Shown here: positions 58,604 to 64,000 of the stretch, piece after piece
How positions within the stretch are numbered: position 1 is the stretch's first letter
Layout: each line of letters opens with the position of its first letter
NCBI GenBank assembly: GCA_965223325.1
Contig: CBDCWI010000002.1
Span: forward strand, 1,632,001 to 1,696,000
DNA length: 64,000 bases
Source of the DNA: Candidatus Multivoradales bacterium
GTDB taxonomy: Bacteria; Acidobacteriota; Thermoanaerobaculia; Multivoradales; Multivoraceae
Direction of reading: 5' to 3'
The notes under the pieces: generated by a model
Told to the model about the DNA's origin: nothing
The model's database searches: none
The model's input: the letters and a program-made list of their open reading frames with translations, nothing else
Program-made: the position numbers and the translations under genes

Positions 58604-61600
58604 ATGCTGACCACGCTCGAGAGCCTGATCGACGGGCTCGAAACTCACGCCCGCCTCGGGAAACAGATCGTTCACCGGGCCTATCTGCCCGGGCAGCCCA
58701 AGGACCTGGCGGCCCCCGAGCCGCCGCTGCCCGAGCCGCTCGAGCGCGCGCTCGCCGCGCAGGGAATCGAAGCACTCTTCAGGCACCAGGTCGACGGCCT
58801 CGACGCCGCCCGTGCCGGCAAAGACGTGCTCATCACCACACCCACGGCCTCTGGCAAGTCGCTGGTCTTCCAGCTACCGATTCTCGAAGACATCCTGGCC
58901 GGCGGAACCGGTCATGCGCTCTACCTCTTTCCGCTCAAGGCCCTCGGCCAGGACCAGCGCACCAAACTGCTCGAGCTGGCGCGCGCAGCAGGCCTCGAAG
59001 ATGACGATTCCGTGTGCGCTATCTACGACGGCGACACGTCCCGCGGGCAGCGCGAGAAGATCCGCGCCCGGCCGCCGCGGGTTCTGATCTCAAACCCTGA
59101 CATGTTGCACTACGGCATTCTCGGCCACGCCGACAACTGGGCGGATTTCCTCGGCAACCTGCGCTACCTGGTGCTCGATGAACTGCACACCTATCGAGGC
59201 ATCTTCGGTACCCACTTCCATCACGTCTTGCAGCGTCTCTTACGCCTGTCGCGCAAGTTCGGCGGCGACCCCCGCATCATTGCCTCGTCGGCCACCGCAC
59301 AGAACGCCACCGAGTTCGCCGAGGCACTTTCCGACCGTTCTTTCGTCTCCATTGAACGCTCCGGTGCGCCCCGCGAGGGGAGACACTTTCTCCTGCTGCA
59401 GCCAGAGACTTCGCCCTACACCACCGCGATGGATCTCTTCGCCGCGCTGATCAAGCGCGACCTCAAAACCATCGCGTTCACCAAGGCGAGACGCATCACC
59501 GAGCTCATGCACTCCTGGATGGGAAAGCGATATCCCAAGCTGCGCGGCCGGGTCGCCAACTACCGTGCCGGCTTTCTGGCCACCGAGCGTCGCGAGATCG
59601 AGCACAGGCTGTTCACCGGGCAGCTCGACGGGGTGATCTCGACCTCGGCGCTCGAAATGGGCATCGACGTCGGCGGCCTCGATGCCTGCATCCTGGTGGG
59701 CTACCCCGGCAGCATGATGGCCACCTGGCAGCGCTCGGGGCGGGTCGGGCGCGAAGGCCGCGAGTCGATCACCGCTCTCGTCGCACTACCAGACGCGCTC
59801 GATCAATACCTCCTCAAGCGCCCCGACGAGTTCCTCAATCGCCAGTGCGAGCAGCTCGTGGTACGCACTACGATCCCGATGATCGCTGACCCACACCTGC
59901 GCTGCGCCGCCGCCGAACTGCCGCTTCACCGTGAACGAGACGCGCACTACATCGAGACCCACCAACCGACTGTCGAAGACCTGATCTCGCGCTTCGAGCT
60001 CGCCGTCGACAGCAGCGGCAGCGAGCTGCACGCCGTTTCGGCGGCACCGGTTCGCGACATTTCCCTCCGCGGGGGCGGTGCGACCTACACCATCGAGAGC
60101 ACGGTCACCGGGCGCGCGATCGGCAGCGTCGACGCCAACCGGGTGTTGCGCGAATGCCATCCCGGCGCCATGTATCTACACGCGGGGCGCCAGTATCTGA
60201 TCTCGGAACTCGACATGGTGCACCGTCGCGCTCGCGGCGAGCCCGCCAACTCGGATTGGTTCACCGCGCCGTTGGCCGACAAGCACACCGAGATCCTCGA
60301 GGTTGAAGAAGAAAGCACCGTCGGCCCGCTGCGCGCCTGGCGTGGCCGGGTGCGCGTCACCGAGCGCGTTCTCGGCTTCGAGCGCAAGAAAGTGATCGGC
60401 CAAGAGAAGCTCGGCGAGGAGAGTCTCGAGCTGCCGCCTTCGGTCATGGAAACACATGCCTTGTGGTTTGCCGCCGGGCGTGAGATCGAAGACACCATTC
60501 GCGAGCGCGGCGAAGACTGGATGGGCGCGCTCCACGCCACTGAGCACGCCGCAATCTCGCTCTTTCCGGTCCTGGCGTTGTGCGACCGCGGCGACCTCGG
60601 CGGCATTTCGATTCCCTACCATCCGCAGGTTCAGAGCGGCGCGGTGTTCATCTACGACGGCCACGGTGGCGCGGCAGGGGTCGCCGACATCGGGTTCGAG
60701 CGCCTGCCGGAGTTGTTGGCGCGGGTCGCCGATCTGCTCGACGGCTGCGATTGCGAAGACGGCTGCCCGGCGTGCATCCATTCGCCCAAGTGCGGCAACG
60801 GCAATCGCCCACTCGACAAGTCCGGTGCCCGCGAGCTGGTTGCCCTGCTGCTCGGCGAACACACCTCCGAGCTCGTTCAAAACGCCGCCGAACCACCGCC
60901 CCTGCAGCTCGACGCCGAGGTCACACCGACCGGCATGGAGCCCAGCGAGCACGACGTGCCCGAACGCGGCATCTATCGCTGGCAGGGTGGTCGTGCGGTC
61001 CTCAAAGCCGGGGACAGCCGGATCGGGCATCGCGAGAGCCTCTTCGATCTCGACGCACCGCTACCGGAGGAAGCACGCTCGAAGGAGCGCCACGCGGCCA
61101 CCGTTGCAACTCCTGACGGCCCGCCGACTGAGTCGCTCGCTCCACCACCGCAGGCTCGACCGCCGGCTCCGCTCAGCGAGCCTTCGCCTCCGGCCAGTTC
61201 CCCAAAGCCCCGCCGCCCCCGCATCGCCCGGCGGCGCCGCGACCGCCGCGACATTCCGCGCGCCCCGATTCCCCGCCACATTGAACGCACGGTGCTCTTT
61301 GACGTCGAGACGCGACGCGCGGCTGAAGAAGTCGGCGGCTGGCACAACCTGCACAAACTCGGCGTCGCGCTCGCCGTCACCTGCTCGATGGAAGAGGGGC
61401 GTTTCAGCGTCTACCTCGAAGACCAGGTCCAGGGCCTGATCGACGAGCTGCGCGCGGCCGATCTGGTGGTTGGCTTCAACATCATCGGCTTCGACTATCC
61501 GGTGTTGTCGGGCTACACCGGCGAGGACTTCCGACGCACGCTGCCGAGCCTCGATCTTTTCGAGACCGTCGAAGAGACCATTGGCAGCCGCCTCGGCCTC

Positions 61601-61819
61601 GCCCATCTGGCTGAGGCGACCTTCGGCTCGTCGAAGAGCGCCGACGGCCTGCAGAGCATCGAGTGGTACAAGCAAGGGCGCTTCGACCTCATCGAAGACT
61701 ACTGTCGGCGTGACGTCGAACTACTTCGCGACCTCTACCTCTTTGGCCGTCGCGAGGGTCACGTCTTGTGCACGACAAAAGAGAAGAAGGTCGTGCGTAT
61801 TCCGGTGGACTGGCCCTAG
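58604..61819 (+). CDS. DEAD/DEAH helicase with DUF1998 (MrfA/YprA-like) fused to an RNase H-like DEDD exonuclease (MrfB/YprB-like)
   Basis: TPTASGKS, DELH, SAT, STSALEMGIDVG, QRSGRVGR and CDCEDGCPAC; Pro-rich linker; FDVET, GFNIIGFD and YCRRDV. Confidence 0.92.
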   Translation: MLTTLESLIDGLETHARLGKQIVHRAYLPGQPKDLAAPEPPLPEPLERALAAQGIEALFRHQVDGLDAARAGKDVLITTPTASGKSLVFQLPILEDILAGGTGHALYLFPLKALGQDQRTKLLELARAAGLEDDDSVCAIYDGDTSRGQREKIRARPPRVLISNPDMLHYGILGHADNWADFLGNLRYLVLDELHTYRGIFGTHFHHVLQRLLRLSRKFGGDPRIIASSATAQNATEFAEALSDRSFVSIERSGAPREGRHFLLLQPETSPYTTAMDLFAALIKRDLKTIAFTKARRITELMHSWMGKRYPKLRGRVANYRAGFLATERREIEHRLFTGQLDGVISTSALEMGIDVGGLDACILVGYPGSMMATWQRSGRVGREGRESITALVALPDALDQYLLKRPDEFLNRQCEQLVVRTTIPMIADPHLRCAAAELPLHRERDAHYIETHQPTVEDLISRFELAVDSSGSELHAVSAAPVRDISLRGGGATYTIESTVTGRAIGSVDANRVLRECHPGAMYLHAGRQYLISELDMVHRRARGEPANSDWFTAPLADKHTEILEVEEESTVGPLRAWRGRVRVTERVLGFERKKVIGQEKLGEESLELPPSVMETHALWFAAGREIEDTIRERGEDWMGALHATEHAAISLFPVLALCDRGDLGGISIPYHPQVQSGAVFIYDGHGGAAGVADIGFERLPELLARVADLLDGCDCEDGCPACIHSPKCGNGNRPLDKSGARELVALLLGEHTSELVQNAAEPPPLQLDAEVTPTGMEPSEHDVPERGIYRWQGGRAVLKAGDSRIGHRESLFDLDAPLPEEARSKERHAATVATPDGPPTESLAPPPQARPPAPLSEPSPPASSPKPRRPRIARRRRDRRDIPRAPIPRHIERTVLFDVETRRAAEEVGGWHNLHKLGVALAVTCSMEEGRFSVYLEDQVQGLIDELRAADLVVGFNIIGFDYPVLSGYTGEDFRRTLPSLDLFETVEETIGSRLGLAHLAEATFGSSKSADGLQSIEWYKQGRFDLIEDYCRRDVELLRDLYLFGRREGHVLCTTKEKKVVRIPVDWP

Positions 61820-62620
61820 CTACTCCCACTCGAGGTTGCCGCACACGCCCAGCGCCTGGCCGGTGATGTGGGACGCAGCATCGGACGCCAGGAAAAGCAC
61901 CGCTTCGGCAACGTCGGAAGCGCTGATCCAGGTGCGCATCGACACGTGACGCAGAACTTCGGCCTCGGCCTCGTCGCTCGTCTGGCCGTTCTTGCGGGCG
62001 CGGGCTCGCACGAGCTTCTGGCTTTCCGCGTCGTCGATCATCCCGGGCAGCACAACGTTGCAGCGGATGTTCTCGGGGCCGAGCTCCCGGGCGGCGTTGG
62101 ACGACAGGGCCACCAGGCCGGCCATCGAGGCCACGTAGGCCGAGCGCCCGGGCATCCCGGTACGTGCCGCCGTCGAGGCGACGTTGATGATGGCTCCGGC
62201 GCGCTTCGGGCGCAGCACGCGCGCCGCCTGGCGCAAACAACGGAACGCACCGGTCAGGTTGGCGTTCAGGTTCTCGGCAAAGGCCTCGGGCTCGAGGTCC
62301 CAAAGGGCTCTTCGGGTGCCCCGATCGCCGGCGCAGTGGACAAAGACATCGAGGCCATCCATCCAGCCCAGCGCCTCGGAAAACAGTTCTTCAACGTCGG
62401 ACGATGACGAGCAGTCAGTCACCGAGCCGTGCAGGCCTGGGTACTCTCCCAGGACCTCGGCGACGCGCTGCGCCGAGTCGTCACCAATATGCACCCGGGC
62501 GCCGTCGTTCCAGAACGCCCGCGCGACGGCCAACCCGATATCGCTGGCACCGCCAGTGACGACGACACGCTGGACCGGGCGCTCGCGCTCGGGGCTCTGC
62601 AGATCGAGAGGTTCCTGCAT
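61820..62620 (-). CDS. SDR family oxidoreductase with atypical motifs
   Basis: VVTGGASDIG, IINVAS, YVASM, IRCNVVLPG and FLASDAASHITGQ; start uncertain. Confidence 0.85.
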   Translation of the reverse strand: MQEPLDLQSPERERPVQRVVVTGGASDIGLAVARAFWNDGARVHIGDDSAQRVAEVLGEYPGLHGSVTDCSSSSDVEELFSEALGWMDGLDVFVHCAGDRGTRRALWDLEPEAFAENLNANLTGAFRCLRQAARVLRPKRAGAIINVASTAARTGMPGRSAYVASMAGLVALSSNAARELGPENIRCNVVLPGMIDDAESQKLVRARARKNGQTSDEAEAEVLRHVSMRTWISASDVAEAVLFLASDAASHITGQALGVCGNLEWE

Positions 62621-62714
62621 CGCGGTCAGTGAATCTGCTGCATCATGAGAACTGGTCGGAAGGATTGGCGAGGCTATCAGCCTGCGAAAGTGACACCTCT
62701 GAGGTGGCCGACCG

Positions 62715-63497
62715 TCAGAGGTCGTCGAAACGCCCTCCGCGCCCCTTGCCGCTAGAGAAGCGGGCCGCGCCGGGGATCGCTTCGCCTTCGATGACCTCGA
62801 CACCTGCCCTGAACTCCTCTTCCAGGGCCTTTTTGAACCCGGCGTCGAAGGAGCCGTAGGCCGAGCGACGATCGGTGCGCAGGCAGCGCTGGGGGAAACG
62901 GGTCAGCTCGAGGGCGAGCTCCTCCGCCGCAGCACGCGCTTCGCCGGGCTCGACGAGGCGATTGACCAGTCCCATTTCCAACGCTTCCGGCGCCTCCACG
63001 GGACGCCCGGTCAGAATCAGATCGAGCGCTCGGCTGAGGCCGATGAGCCGCGGCAGGCGAACGGTTCCGCCATCGATCAGAGGCACACCCCAACGTCGAC
63101 AAAACACGCCGAGCACGGCGTCACGCTCTGCCACCCGCAGGTCACACCACAGCGCCAGCTCGAGGCCGCCGGCGACAGCGTGTCCAGCGATGCCGGCGAC
63201 TACTGGCTTCTCGAGCACCATGCGGCTCGGCCCCATCGGCCCATCGGCCTCGGCAAACTCGGCCGCCCGATAACGCACCGCCCGTTCGCCGCTGGCGACG
63301 GCGTGCAAGTCGGCACCGGCACAGAACGCCTTGCCTTCTCCCCACAGGACTCCGGCAAGTGCCTCGTCGTCGGCTTCGAAGGCACGAAAGGCGTCGGCGA
63401 GCGCCTCGGCGGTCTGGTTGTCAACGGCGTTACGAACCTCGGGGCGCGACAGGATGACGGTAGTGACCGGCCCCTTCTTCTCGACTCTCACACTCAA
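62715..63497 (-). CDS. enoyl-CoA hydratase/crotonase family protein
   Basis: RPEVRNAVD, AFCAGADL, AVAGGLELALWCD and WGVPLIDGG; TTG start overlaps the upstream TGA. Confidence 0.93.
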   Translation of the reverse strand: MSVRVEKKGPVTTVILSRPEVRNAVDNQTAEALADAFRAFEADDEALAGVLWGEGKAFCAGADLHAVASGERAVRYRAAEFAEADGPMGPSRMVLEKPVVAGIAGHAVAGGLELALWCDLRVAERDAVLGVFCRRWGVPLIDGGTVRLPRLIGLSRALDLILTGRPVEAPEALEMGLVNRLVEPGEARAAAEELALELTRFPQRCLRTDRRSAYGSFDAGFKKALEEEFRAGVEVIEGEAIPGAARFSSGKGRGGRFDDL

Positions 63498-64000
63498 GGT
63501 CCGGACCCCTCCCGAGAGGCGAGATCGATCTCGAGGTCCCGGCTGTCGTAGTACCCGAGACGGCCGGCTCGGGCGCGCAGCGTTCCAGTTTGGGGGGCCG
63601 CAATACGCCCGTTGTAGAGCTTCCACGCCGGTTCGACGTCCTCGCCCCGGTCCTCACCTTCGACGCGCCAAACGATGGCCGCCCCTTCGGTCGCGGTTCT
63701 CAGCTCGAATTCCCAGGCGCCCGCCTGCTCTTTCTTCGACTGCACCACCGGTGCCGCAACCGTCAGATCACGCTCTGGGGGACGAAGAAGCGCCAACAAC
63801 TCACCTTCAGAGAGATCGCCGAGGTCGCCGGTTCTCTCCTTCCAGGCACGGAGCGCCTCTCGCATGGCGTCCAGCTGCGCCTGTTCTTTCGCACCCAAGG
63901 TCGCCTCGGCGGCGGCGAGGTTGTGGGTCTCATCCGGATCGACCTCGAGGTCGTAGAACTCTTCGGGAGGCTTCGATCTCGCCATGAAGGCTGCCGCCGC
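63494..64000 (-). CDS. sulfatase, C-terminal part (gene runs off window end)
   Basis: PEEFYDLEVDPDETHNLA..MREALRAWKERTGD followed by an FN3-associated-like tail. Confidence 0.75.
   Translation of the reverse strand, partial: AAAAFMARSKPPEEFYDLEVDPDETHNLAAAEATLGAKEQAQLDAMREALRAWKERTGDLGDLSEGELLALLRPPERDLTVAAPVVQSKKEQAGAWEFELRTATEGAAIVWRVEGEDRGEDVEPAWKLYNGRIAAPQTGTLRARAGRLGYYDSRDLEIDLASREGSGP

Overview
High-GC bacterial chromosomal window. Gene content and protein styles suggest Acidobacteriota, possibly Thermoanaerobaculia; this is inference, not checked by search. Core genes: yceD-rpmF-plsX-fabD-fabG, murB, recA, map, tatD, fpg/nei-like, mscS and an acyl-CoA synthetase. Other recognisable content: a glycosyltransferase/priming-glycosyltransferase cluster, a MoxR-DUF58-transglutaminase triad, two paralogous secreted M10 metalloproteases, a reductive-dehalogenase-like gene, a MrfA/MrfB-like helicase-nuclease fusion, and a K+ channel gene split by a frameshift. 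No rRNA, tRNA, CRISPR array or transposase was seen. The most notable observations are: (1) an operon pairing an ATP/ADP-translocase-like transporter with HEAT repeats, a cNMP-binding protein and a signal-peptide-bearing phosphatase/atypical-kinase fusion, a candidate extracytoplasmic phosphorylation system; (2) an intergenic repeat family at three loci, each starting at the TAG stop codon of the upstream gene, with a 114-116 bp hairpin whose arms co-vary between loci; (3) a truncated ydaO/c-di-AMP-riboswitch-like leader plus terminator before the priming glycosyltransferase; (4) 11-bp-phased repeat arrays upstream of both M10 protease paralogs. Many start codons were re-chosen from the ORF track by eye.
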